Of a stretch of DNA of 64,000 bases, positions 8,417 through 17,174 are shown one piece after another. Position 1 is the stretch's first letter. Every line of letters starts with the position of its first letter. Made by a program: the position numbers and the translations under genes. The notes beneath the pieces were generated by a model. The model ran no database searches. It was given only the letters and a program-made list of their open reading frames with translations, and was not told where the DNA came from. This DNA is from Candidatus Iainarchaeum sp. (lineage in GTDB: Archaea > Iainarchaeota > Iainarchaeia > Iainarchaeales > UBA10219), in NCBI GenBank assembly GCA_018304425.1, contig JAGVWE010000002.1:384001-448000 (forward strand). The letters run 5' to 3'.

Positions 8417-9709
8417 TTAAAGTGGTTTAGCGGGTTTTATCTCCGTTAACCCCCCCATATAGGCTTGGAGTGGTTTGGGAATTTGAATCCGGCCCTTTTC
8501 ATCCGTGAAGTTCTCGACGATTGCCCGCAGCGCACGGGAGGTTGCGATGGCCGTGCTGTTAAGGGTGTGGACATAGGCTTTGTCCAGAGACCCCTTCTTC
8601 CGAAACTTGATATTGGAGCGCACGGCCTGGTAGGACGTGCAATTGGAGCAGGAAATGGCTTCCTTATAGGCTTGCTCCCTTGGCATCCACGCCTCTAAGT
8701 CATATTTCTTGGCGGCAACCGCTCCGATGTCACCCGTGCAAATGAGCACAACCCGGTAAGGCAACCCTAGTTTTTGGAACAGCGCCTCTGCATTTGCTAG
8801 CAATTCAGCATGGATTTTGGGTGAATCCTCCGGCCGGCAAAAAACGAATTGCTCCACTTTATTGAATTGGTGGACGCGAAACAAACCCCGGGTGTCCACG
8901 CCATGCGCACCGATTTCCTTGCGAAAGCACGGGCTCAGGCCAGCCAACTTAATGGGTAACTTGTCCTCTTCTAGGATTTCATCACGAAACATGGAGCAAA
9001 TCGCGTGCTCCGACGTGGCAATCAAGAAGAGGTCGTGACCTTCCACCTTATACATGACGCGTTCAAAGTCCACTAAATCGGTTACCCCCTCATAGGCGGC
9101 ACGCGATATCATGTATGGTGGCTGGACAACCGTGAACCCCTTTTTTGCCAAGAAGTCAAGCGCAAACCGGGCCAGGGCTTGTTCAAGCAAGGCCAACTCG
9201 CCTAAAAGGAAGTAGAACCCTGCACCTGAAATCTTGGTGCCGCGAGTAAAGTCAGCTAACCCTGCTTCCTGCAGGAACTCGCCATGGGGCTTTAAGGTGC
9301 CTGTGGACTTGCTGGGTTTCCCCCAGGTTTTTACGACTTCATTGTCCGTTGAATCACGACCAAAAGGCACGGTTGGATCCAACAGGTTGGGTAGATGCAT
9401 CGAGTAACGATGGCTCTGCTGTTGGTGCTCCGCGGCTGCTTTCTCTAGCTCCTGAACCCTGCCGGGGATTGCCTTGGCTTCTGCAAGCGCCTGGCTTGCA
9501 TCCGTTCCAGCCCGCTTCAGGGAGTCGATTTCCTTGGATATTTCGTTACGGCGCTTCCGCAAGTCGTCGATTTCCCGCTTAAGCCGGCGCCATTCCTCGT
9601 CATGATGAATGAGCGCACTAAACGAGCGCTTCAATTTTTCGTCTCGGCGCCGTACTAGGTTCTCTGCGACCTCGCCCTGGTGTTCTCTAACCCAGTGGAT
9701 ATCAAGCAT
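8417..9709 (-). CDS. serS: Serine--tRNA ligase (canonical type)
   Basis: N-terminal coiled coil, LIATSE, FRKE, RVHQF, HTLNST. Confidence 0.95.
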   Translation of the reverse strand: MLDIHWVREHQGEVAENLVRRRDEKLKRSFSALIHHDEEWRRLKREIDDLRKRRNEISKEIDSLKRAGTDASQALAEAKAIPGRVQELEKAAAEHQQQSHRYSMHLPNLLDPTVPFGRDSTDNEVVKTWGKPSKSTGTLKPHGEFLQEAGLADFTRGTKISGAGFYFLLGELALLEQALARFALDFLAKKGFTVVQPPYMISRAAYEGVTDLVDFERVMYKVEGHDLFLIATSEHAICSMFRDEILEEDKLPIKLAGLSPCFRKEIGAHGVDTRGLFRVHQFNKVEQFVFCRPEDSPKIHAELLANAEALFQKLGLPYRVVLICTGDIGAVAAKKYDLEAWMPREQAYKEAISCSNCTSYQAVRSNIKFRKKGSLDKAYVHTLNSTAIATSRALRAIVENFTDEKGRIQIPKPLQAYMGGLTEIKPAKPL

Positions 9710-9757
9710 AACAACTAATAACTATACAGGGGTTATTAAAATATTCTGGGAAAGCGT

Positions 9758-10297
9758 ATGCCGCCTAAAGACGTTATTGTGCTCCGTTACGGGCATCGCC
9801 CTTACCGAGACCAGCGGGTAACCACGCATTGTTGCTTGGTGGCCAGGGCCTTTGGGGCCAGCAAAATCCTTGTTGAAGGAGAAACGGACCCGGTTCTGCT
9901 GGAAACGGTTAAATCGGTCAATGCGACCTGGGGCCAAGGCATTGAAGTGGGTTTCTGTCCTGCCTGGAAGCCCGTTTTGCGTGGACTAAAAATGGAGGGA
10001 TATGCCATTGTTCACTTGACCATGTATGGGCTGGAACTCGAAAAAACCATGCCGAAAATCCGGAACGCCCGCAGGGTGTGTGTAGTAATAGGCTCACAGA
10101 AAGTGGAACGGGGCGTGTATGAGCTCGCGGATTGGAACCTGGCAGTTGGATCAACGCCCCATAGTGAGATTGCCGCCCTCGCGGTTTTCCTGCATGAATT
10201 GTTCAAAGGAAGGGAGCTCAGAACCGGTTTTGCGGGCGCGCGCCTTGCGATCCAGCCGAATGCATGCGGTAAACAAGTGGTCAGGGCAGACCGATAA
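9758..10297 (+). CDS. trm56: tRNA (cytidine(56)-2'-O)-methyltransferase
   Basis: GHRPYRDQRVTTH, VHLTMYG, PHSEIAALA; archaea-specific SPOUT enzyme. Confidence 0.93.
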   Translation: MPPKDVIVLRYGHRPYRDQRVTTHCCLVARAFGASKILVEGETDPVLLETVKSVNATWGQGIEVGFCPAWKPVLRGLKMEGYAIVHLTMYGLELEKTMPKIRNARRVCVVIGSQKVERGVYELADWNLAVGSTPHSEIAALAVFLHELFKGRELRTGFAGARLAIQPNACGKQVVRADR

Positions 10298-10332
10298 ATG
10301 GATTTAAATTACTATTTTTGGTCAGGTATGGT

Positions 10333-10878
10333 ATGGGAATCAAGAAAATATTTAACTTTGCGATAACCCGAGATTTTTTGAAGAAGGTTGGGGGAGACTA
10401 TGCGCCTGAACTGGTCAAAATATGCGAGAACCGGGGTAAACCGATAACGGACGAGGAAATAGGCAAAAAACTGCCCTTGAAAATCACTGAAATCCGCACT
10501 ATTCTTAACCGGCTTCACTTCCGCGGCATTGCCGCCTATCAAAAGACACGGAACACGAATACGGGCTGGTACTCGTATACTTGGGAAATAAGTGCGGGCC
10601 GGGTAGCGGAGTTAATTCTGGACGAACAGGCCCAGGAAATAACCAAACTCGAAAAGAGGTCTGAATTTGAGGAAGGCCACGCCATCTTTAATTGCAAGCG
10701 AAAATGCAGTGACTTCCCATTTGAAGTGGCCGCTGAATATCAGTTCCGTTGCCCTGAATGCGGAGAAACCATGAACCCCGCAGACGCCAAGAAGAGAACC
10801 AAGAACCTGAAACAACACGTGGGGGCATTGAAAGATGAAGTGGCTTTGCTCAAGAAGTACAAAGAACGGTACATTTAA
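10333..10878 (+). CDS. tfe: Transcription factor E (TFE alpha)
   Basis: wHTH (TDEEI..IRTILNRL..GWYSYTW) plus Zn ribbon FRCPECG. Confidence 0.9.
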   Translation: MGIKKIFNFAITRDFLKKVGGDYAPELVKICENRGKPITDEEIGKKLPLKITEIRTILNRLHFRGIAAYQKTRNTNTGWYSYTWEISAGRVAELILDEQAQEITKLEKRSEFEEGHAIFNCKRKCSDFPFEVAAEYQFRCPECGETMNPADAKKRTKNLKQHVGALKDEVALLKKYKERYI

Positions 10879-11007
10879 CACAAATTATTGGACAAATAAA
10901 ACAAAAAGAAAAAAACACTAAATTATGGGTTTTCGTTGAAATCCTGGTTTTAAATTGCCTCTTTTTCAAAAAACAGGCTTTAAACGCTTCCTTTTGGGCT
11001 AAAACAC

Positions 11008-11024
11008 GAAACGCTTTTATAAAT
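11008..11024 (+). promoter_or_regulatory. BRE/TATA promoter of the initiator tRNA
   Basis: GAAACGCTTTTATAAAT about 25 nt upstream of the tRNA; a similar AAACGCTTTTAATA lies near 19782. Confidence 0.65.
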
Positions 11025-11046
11025 GTTTCGAGGAATAAAGTAGAAT

Positions 11047-11121
11047 AGCGGGGTAGGGCAGCCAGGAGTGCCCGTCGGGCTCATAACCCGAAGGTCAAAG
11101 GTTCAAATCCTTTCCCCGCTA
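11047..11121 (+). tRNA. Initiator tRNA-Met(CAT)
   Basis: A1-U72 pair and three G-C pairs in the anticodon stem (GGG-CTCATAA-CCC). Confidence 0.95.
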
Positions 11122-11436
11122 CTAACCGGTTTAACCGTTTACTTTGCTGAGCCCGCGTTTTGCCCCCCCTAACCCCTTTGGGTACTTTTCGTGAAAGCCG
11201 GCCCAAACCACCCTACTTTTTGGCTGCGGACGAGGATCGACAAATGAAAAGCACTCACAAATATGGGGTGTGCCTGGTACTTGCGGCCAACCGACACACT
11301 TTTAGCTAGGGCCAGCCAAACGCCCCCATTTTTCACTCACTTTTTAGCCAAACCACCCAAAAACCCAGTAGAATGCACTCACTTTTTAACTCAAAAACAA
11401 GCCAAAATAAGTTTAACCAACAGAAAACCATAACTA

Positions 11437-11507
11437 AGTAATTACCATCAATACAAATAGTAATTACCATCCTTATAGTAAAGATTAAAAGTAATGACGA
11501 TCATTAC
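11437..11507. repeat. 13-bp direct repeats AGTAAT(T/G)AC(C/G)ATC x3, the last overlapping the palindrome GTAATGA-CGA-TCATTAC
   Basis: Copies at 11437, 11459 (identical, 22-bp spacing) and 11490 (11/13 match). Confidence 0.75.
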
Positions 11508-11513
11508 AGTAGC

Positions 11514-11990
11514 ATGCGTTTAGTTCGCTTTGTGCACTCCTTACTAACCCGACTCGGGCTTCAGCAGCCCGCCACCCCAATAGTAACAGGGAGCGACTCA
11601 ATTTACGCGGGGGAATCCGCCCGTCCTGTAACCGTAAGCGAACAACCCCCCACCATAGTAAATTTGTGGGATTATTTGGCGTTTAAGGAAAACACCCAAG
11701 CCCAACACATTGTTGCTGTTTTAGGTTTTGAAGAATGGATACCAATGGAGGAGCTGTGCCGGCGCATAATCGAAGTGTTTGCGGTTGAATATGAAAACGA
11801 CCGCAGCCTGTATCCTTATGTGAAAACACTAGTGGATGCTGGCCTCCTAGAAACCATTCGCACGGAACGCAAACAAAAATGGCGGAAACGGGCGCTCTTT
11901 TTCAGATTGTTAAAGAAGCGGCAGGACCGAGAGGAAACAGAGACAATCCTACTAGAGGCCAGACCTACACCAGTCAAGGCAATGCCCTAA
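11514..11990 (+). CDS. Hypothetical protein, possible winged-helix domain
   Basis: 158-aa ORF with a wHTH-like segment PMEELCRRI..SLYPYVKTLVDAGLLE. Confidence 0.6.
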   Translation: MRLVRFVHSLLTRLGLQQPATPIVTGSDSIYAGESARPVTVSEQPPTIVNLWDYLAFKENTQAQHIVAVLGFEEWIPMEELCRRIIEVFAVEYENDRSLYPYVKTLVDAGLLETIRTERKQKWRKRALFFRLLKKRQDREETETILLEARPTPVKAMP

Positions 11991-12531
11991 CAGACAGTGC
12001 TGTGATCTTCTGGGCTTGGGGGGTGTGGGCGCACTCTTTAACCCACTCACACGCAGCCAACCGAGCAAACGCGGCACTGGCGCCGGGGGATAACCCCTTG
12101 TAGTTGCCGGTTGGTTCCAGTGTGCTAGCTTGTTCACCCAAGCTTTTAAGCGAGGCCATAACACGGGCAGCCGCCGCATCAAGGGCCTGGGCGGCATCTG
12201 AAACGCTGATGTCCCGCTCATCCGTGTAATAGGCCGCTTTCCAATCCCCCTTCACATGCCATTCGTGGCTGGGGTTTTTGCCGGTTTTGAAAAAATCGAC
12301 CAGTGCAGAGAGGGCGCTTTTGGGGATTAAAACCAGGTTTTTGCCTGGTTTGGTGAAGGGAAATGAGGATAATACTCCTGGGCGGTGGTACCGGTATGTT
12401 TTACCAGATGATTTGGAAACATTCTGGGTGTAACCATAAAGTGCGCGGAAAAGTTTTTGGTAGGTGTATGAAGAGTGCTTGATGTCGCTAGGTAAAATAA
12501 ACTTGTACTGAACCAGGATTGCTTGGACCAC
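11974..12531 (-). CDS. Hypothetical protein
   Basis: GTG start with GAGGGG RBS; YQKLFRALYGY..YRYHRPGVL segment. Confidence 0.7.
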   Translation of the reverse strand: MVQAILVQYKFILPSDIKHSSYTYQKLFRALYGYTQNVSKSSGKTYRYHRPGVLSSFPFTKPGKNLVLIPKSALSALVDFFKTGKNPSHEWHVKGDWKAAYYTDERDISVSDAAQALDAAAARVMASLKSLGEQASTLEPTGNYKGLSPGASAAFARLAACEWVKECAHTPQAQKITALSVRALP

Positions 12532-12635
12532 GCAGACCCCTCAATTCCACTATTGGTTTTTAATTGGTTGATTGATCGTTTATGTAGTTGAGTTAAACAT
12601 AATTTGGTTTGGGTTTTAGCGTGTGTTTATGGTGG

Positions 12636-12938
12636 TTAGCGGCGGTATCTAAAAGCCGTGCGCTGTTTTGGGGTGGGTTCGATCTCTTCTTCTTCCTCCA
12701 CCCGACCCGTAGAAACAATCAAAATGTCTTTGGCGGCGCGGACGTTCTTGTAGGGGATGCTTTTGTCGGTTATAATGCGTTTGGCTTCTTGTTTGGTTTT
12801 GGCTTTCAATGCCTCCGTAGTAATGGTTTCAATCCGCCCCTTCTCTAAATTAATCACCAAGTCGAAGACCTTTCCCCGGTAATCACCAATATCCGTGTAT
12901 ATATCCATTCCAAACAACCGCGAAAGCCGTACCGTCAT
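12636..12938 (-). CDS. PRC-barrel domain protein
   Basis: LSRLFGMDIYTDIGDYRGKVFDLVIN..IPYKNVRAAKDILIV; GGAGG RBS. Confidence 0.85.
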   Translation of the reverse strand: MTVRLSRLFGMDIYTDIGDYRGKVFDLVINLEKGRIETITTEALKAKTKQEAKRIITDKSIPYKNVRAAKDILIVSTGRVEEEEEIEPTPKQRTAFRYRR

Positions 12939-13072
12939 TTTCCTACCTCCAAAAGCCAATGACAATAATAAACGCTTCCCCCTATTTAAATGTTTTGGTA
13001 TGAAAAGGCAACGCAACCAAGCCCAGACGAACCAAACACGAAACCAACCCCAATAGTGGAAGTAGGGGTAGA

Positions 13073-13924
13073 CTATAGATTGTCCAGGGGGCTTTTAACC
13101 TTCTTGAGCTCATCGGTTGTGACGTGCGTATAAATTTGGGTGGTGCTCAAATTACTATGCCCCAGCAGCTCCTGTATTTTCCGGATGTTTTCCCCCCCCT
13201 CCAACAAATGGGTGGCGTACGAATGCCGTAGGGTGTGGGGTGTGACCCGTTTGGGAATACCAGCTTTTTTAGCCGCCTCCCGGATAATTCGTTCGATCGT
13301 GTCCGTGGAAATGGGGTTTTGGGTGGTTTTCTGGGAGAAAACAAAGGGGCTGGCCACCTTCCGCCGTTTCAACTGTTTCTTCAATTCCTTGATCCAGGCA
13401 GTAGACAGGATAATGATGCGGTCCTTGTTTCCCTTCCCCCCCCACACCCGCGCAATTTTTTCCCGCAAATCAAGGTCATCCAACTTGATTTTGGCCGCTT
13501 CACTGACGCGCACACCGCTTGCATAGAGGAATTCCACGATCAGCCGGTTCCGCCCAAATCGGGTTGCCTTTATGAGGCCGCGCACCTCTTCCATAGTCAG
13601 CACCGACGGCAGTTTTTTGGCTTTTTTGGGTACTTTAATGTCCTCCACAATTTTTTTCTTGAGAAAAGAGTGGAAAAAGAACTTTAACGCCGAATGCACC
13701 AAAGCCAGGGTGGCATTGGCTGCATTCGTGTCCTGCTTTTTTTTAGCCAGAAAGGCAACAACGTCTCCCCGGTCAATGGAGTCCACTGGTTTGTTTGTGT
13801 GCGCCAGAAATTGGCGTGCATATATGCCGTACATCTTCAGTGTTTTGCCCGAGTAACCCGCAACCAGCAGCTCCTGGTTATAGCGTTCCAGTAGTTGTGC
13901 CTGCTCGGCTGGCTCCAAAGGCAT
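13073..13924 (-). CDS. xerA: XerA/XerD-type tyrosine recombinase
   Basis: SGVRVSE, GKGNKDR, HTLRHSYATH, LLGH..TTQIY (complete catalytic set). Confidence 0.9.
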   Translation of the reverse strand: MPLEPAEQAQLLERYNQELLVAGYSGKTLKMYGIYARQFLAHTNKPVDSIDRGDVVAFLAKKKQDTNAANATLALVHSALKFFFHSFLKKKIVEDIKVPKKAKKLPSVLTMEEVRGLIKATRFGRNRLIVEFLYASGVRVSEAAKIKLDDLDLREKIARVWGGKGNKDRIIILSTAWIKELKKQLKRRKVASPFVFSQKTTQNPISTDTIERIIREAAKKAGIPKRVTPHTLRHSYATHLLEGGENIRKIQELLGHSNLSTTQIYTHVTTDELKKVKSPLDNL

Positions 13925-14004
13925 ACATCCATTACTCAAGCGCACTTAATATAGTTTTGTGGGCACCGGAAAGCCTTAATAAGATTTATTTTCCTAGACT
14001 TGGT

Positions 14005-14214
14005 ATGATCGGCAGGCGAAAAAGCGAGGGCCACCCAATAAAGGAAAAGCCCGAGGATAAGGCCTGGCAGCAGTGGTTTCAGGGCCTATCCATGGAAGAA
14101 CACGACCGGAAGCTGAGGGAACTCGGCCTCGACGAGGAGGACGTGGGCGAATTCAACGAGAAATTTGTGGGCTCCAAGAAACCAGACAAGAAAGCCGTTC
14201 CCCCAGTCCCCTAA
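14005..14214 (+). CDS. Small charged hypothetical protein
   Basis: 69-aa ORF after a TATA-like element. Confidence 0.6.
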   Translation: MIGRRKSEGHPIKEKPEDKAWQQWFQGLSMEEHDRKLRELGLDEEDVGEFNEKFVGSKKPDKKAVPPVP

Positions 14215-14229
14215 TGTGAGGCTAACCAC

Positions 14230-14445
14230 TTATTCTTGCGAGATTTTAGCGTAATGGAGTAGGTTCTTGGCTTGCCAGTACAAGGTCATGCCAGAAACCC
14301 CCGACAACCAGGCCACGAAATAGTAAATCAGGGCCGTGTTAGGGTTGCCAGCAATGTGCGCCAGCACCCCCTGCACCAAACACCACACGAACAAAGAGGC
14401 AAGCGTGACGCCTAACACAAAAAAGCCAACGGCCCGACCAAACAT
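14230..14445 (-). CDS. Small two-TM membrane protein
   Basis: Two hydrophobic helices in 71 aa. Confidence 0.65.
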   Translation of the reverse strand: MFGRAVGFFVLGVTLASLFVWCLVQGVLAHIAGNPNTALIYYFVAWLSGVSGMTLYWQAKNLLHYAKISQE

Positions 14446-14564
14446 AATCCAAAAGCCATTCATAAGAATCCCTATAATGCGGTCAACCCTATAAAAAACA
14501 ACCCAAGGTTCTACATAATGAAAGGGGGCCATCCTTATTTAGGCTTTTCACCCCCAGATACATC

Positions 14565-15245
14565 ATGCTCCGCGGGATTCTCTTCGACCTTGACAATACG
14601 CTCATCGACTTCATGAAAATGAAGAAAATGGGGTGTGAGGCCGCCATTGCCGCCATGATTGATTCGGGGCTGGAAATGGACAAGCGAAAGGCCTACCGGC
14701 TGCTGTTCAAGCTATACGGGGAACACGGCATCGAACACCAGCACATCTTTCAACTCTTTCTGAAGAAAACCCTGGGTACCGTGGATTACCGGATACTAGC
14801 CAATGCCATAACCGCTTACCGGAAGGTGCAAGTCGGTTTCCAGGAACCCTATCCACGGGTGCGCCCAACCCTGATCGGGCTTCGGGCGCGCGGCCTGCAG
14901 TTGGGCGTTGTAAGTGACGCCCCCAAGCTAAAGGCCTGGCTCCGGTTGGCGGAAATGAATCTCACCCACTTTTTTGACGCGGTCATAACCCTGGGAGACG
15001 CCAAGCAATTGAAGCCCAGCAAAAAGCCCTTCGAGCTGGCCTTGAAGCAATTGGGTTTGCAGCCCTTTGAAGTGCTTTACGTGGGGGACAACCCAGCCAG
15101 GGACATCAAGGGGGCCAAGAAAGTCGGCATGCGTACTGCCCTGGCGGAATACGGCCGGCTTTTTCCCGCAAGAGGGGTCAAACCAGATTTTGTGCTAAAA
15201 CGGGTGGATGGCGTCCTTTCCATCGCGGACCGGCTCACCCGATAA
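14565..15245 (+). CDS. HAD-IA family hydrolase
   Basis: FDLDNTL, VSD, KP, GDNPARD. Confidence 0.9.
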   Translation: MLRGILFDLDNTLIDFMKMKKMGCEAAIAAMIDSGLEMDKRKAYRLLFKLYGEHGIEHQHIFQLFLKKTLGTVDYRILANAITAYRKVQVGFQEPYPRVRPTLIGLRARGLQLGVVSDAPKLKAWLRLAEMNLTHFFDAVITLGDAKQLKPSKKPFELALKQLGLQPFEVLYVGDNPARDIKGAKKVGMRTALAEYGRLFPARGVKPDFVLKRVDGVLSIADRLTR

Positions 15246-15316
15246 GGCCAGCCAAGTCAACCAAAGGTTTTTATTTTCCTTTCCAGGTAATTACGTGAAC
15301 ACCCCCTGGTGGAAGG

Positions 15317-15484
15317 ATGCCTATCTTCGCGGGAACCACGGAATTATCCAAAAGGGCACTGCAGCGCGGTTACAAGTGCCTGAATTGCGGGTTTGAACTG
15401 GCGTTCGAAGAAACCGAACCCCGCAACCGATACACCCGGCGGTTCTGTTCCGAGGCCTGTCGGCAAACCTATCTCAAACATTGA
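15317..15484 (+). CDS. Small zinc-finger protein, 55 aa (TRASH/treble-clef-like); absent from the ORF track
   Basis: MPIFAG...YKCLNCG...RRFCSEACRQ; purine-rich RBS upstream. Confidence 0.75.
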   Translation: MPIFAGTTELSKRALQRGYKCLNCGFELAFEETEPRNRYTRRFCSEACRQTYLKH

Positions 15485-15500
15485 ACGCTTGCCAGGCAGG

Positions 15501-16289
15501 ATGCCCATGTCCACCACGAGAAAACACATAGTCAAAGGAATCAAGGAATATTTCAGGCGCAGCGGCAAGACCCGGGCCGTTCTTGGATTGAGCGGCGGAA
15601 TTGACTCGGCCGTGGTTGCAGTTCTATTAGTGCAGGCGCTGGGCAAAAAAAACGTGACCTGCCTCCTGCTCCCAACTCCAAGCAGCAGCGCCGCCAACCT
15701 TGCGGATGCACGTGCCGTTGCCAAGCAATTAGGGGTTCGGCATTTTATCCAACCCATTTATGCGTTCACCAAACCCTTTACCCGGTTGCCCTGGAAGCAA
15801 ACAAAAATAACCACCGCCAATCTGAAAGCAAGGATTCGGGCCACTATCCTCTACCACTATGCCAACACCCGGAACGCCTTGGTAGTCGGAACAGGTAACC
15901 GAACCGAGCTAATGTTAGGCTATTTCACCAAGTACGGAGACGGGGCCGTCGACTTGCTGCCTATTGGCGGGTTGTGGAAACGGGAAGTGCGGGCGCTGGC
16001 CCGAGAGCTCAAGGTCCCAGCACCCATCCTTGAAAAGGCTCCGACCGCTGAGCTCTGGCCGGGGCAAACCGATGAACGGGAACTGGGCTTGTCCTACACC
16101 CAATTGGATGCCATACTCTCCGCCCTATTTGACCGACAAGCAAGCCCAAAACAAGTAATTCAGGAAGGGTTTAGTCGCAGGCAGGTGGAAAAGGTTTTGG
16201 CGCGCGTGAAGGCCAACCAGCACAAGGCCGTGCCACCCCCCATTATTGCCCCAAACGATAGCTATGTTTTTAACCCTACGCAGCAATAA
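15501..16289 (+). CDS. nadE: NH3-dependent NAD+ synthetase
   Basis: LSGGIDS, NLKARIR, GYFTKYGDG, PTAELW.GQTDE. Confidence 0.95.
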   Translation: MPMSTTRKHIVKGIKEYFRRSGKTRAVLGLSGGIDSAVVAVLLVQALGKKNVTCLLLPTPSSSAANLADARAVAKQLGVRHFIQPIYAFTKPFTRLPWKQTKITTANLKARIRATILYHYANTRNALVVGTGNRTELMLGYFTKYGDGAVDLLPIGGLWKREVRALARELKVPAPILEKAPTAELWPGQTDERELGLSYTQLDAILSALFDRQASPKQVIQEGFSRRQVEKVLARVKANQHKAVPPPIIAPNDSYVFNPTQQ

Positions 16290-16331
16290 TCCGTTAGCCC
16301 TTCAGTTGTTGTCGGGGCGGGGGAGATTTTA

Positions 16332-17174
16332 ATGCAGGAATTCACCAGCGTGGACGAAGCGGACGTAACCAAAGCCATCGTTTCCGAGTATCTGAAGGAA
16401 TTGGAATCCTTAACCGACACGGATGCCGTGGTCGTCGGTTCCGGGCCGGCTGGCTCGGTGTGTGCCAGGAAACTGGCTGAAAAAGGCCACAAAGTGCTTA
16501 TCGTAGAACGAAACATCAAACCCGGGGGCGGCATGTTCCTTGGCGGGATGCTTATGAACAAGTTAGTGGTGGAAGCACCAGCAGACCGGATCTGCCGGGA
16601 AGTGGGCGCCAAGTCCTTGAAGGAATACAAGCCAGGCCTGTTCGTCGGCGACGCCCACGAAATAGCCACCAAACTGATTGCGGCCGCTTTTGACGCGGGT
16701 GCGCACATGCTCAACGCGGTGCAGGTGGAGGATATTATCTACCGCGAGCAAGGCATTTGCGGCGTGGTAATCAACTGGCACATGGTTTCCAGTTACCCCG
16801 ATTGGGTTACTTGCACCGACCCCCTGGCACTGAAAACAAAGGTCGTGATTGACGCGACCGGGCACGCCGCAGAAGTAGCCCGTTTGGCTGGCAAGCGGTT
16901 TGGTTTTGAGGTGAAGGGCCACGAAGGCGCCATGTGGGTGGACGAAGCCGAGAAGGCAACCTATAATGCCACCCAAGAGATTTATCCTGGCCTCATTGTG
17001 TGTGGGATGGCAGCCAATGGGGTTTACATGCTGCCCCGAATGGGCCCCATTTTTGGAGCCATGTTCATGAGTGGCGAGAAAGCCGCCGAACTCGCTCACC
17101 AGCGCATCCTCGAGTTGGGCAGCAACCAGGCAACCCCCTTAAAACCAAGGGAACCGCTCATCCAGCACCGCTGA
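16332..17174 (+). CDS. thi4: Thi4 thiazole synthase, Cys-containing type
   Basis: GSGPAG, GGGMFLGG, CTDP, DATGH, PRMGPIFGAM. Confidence 0.93.
   Translation: MQEFTSVDEADVTKAIVSEYLKELESLTDTDAVVVGSGPAGSVCARKLAEKGHKVLIVERNIKPGGGMFLGGMLMNKLVVEAPADRICREVGAKSLKEYKPGLFVGDAHEIATKLIAAAFDAGAHMLNAVQVEDIIYREQGICGVVINWHMVSSYPDWVTCTDPLALKTKVVIDATGHAAEVARLAGKRFGFEVKGHEGAMWVDEAEKATYNATQEIYPGLIVCGMAANGVYMLPRMGPIFGAMFMSGEKAAELAHQRILELGSNQATPLKPREPLIQHR

Noticed and set aside
11200-11510. CRISPR array
   Set aside because: Repeats are only 7-13 bp with irregular spacing, and no recognisable cas genes are in the window
11047-13924. Intact integrative element inserted at tRNA-iMet
   Set aside because: I found no duplicated tRNA 3' end (attR), and the recombinase looks like a compact housekeeping XerA rather than an SSV-type integrase
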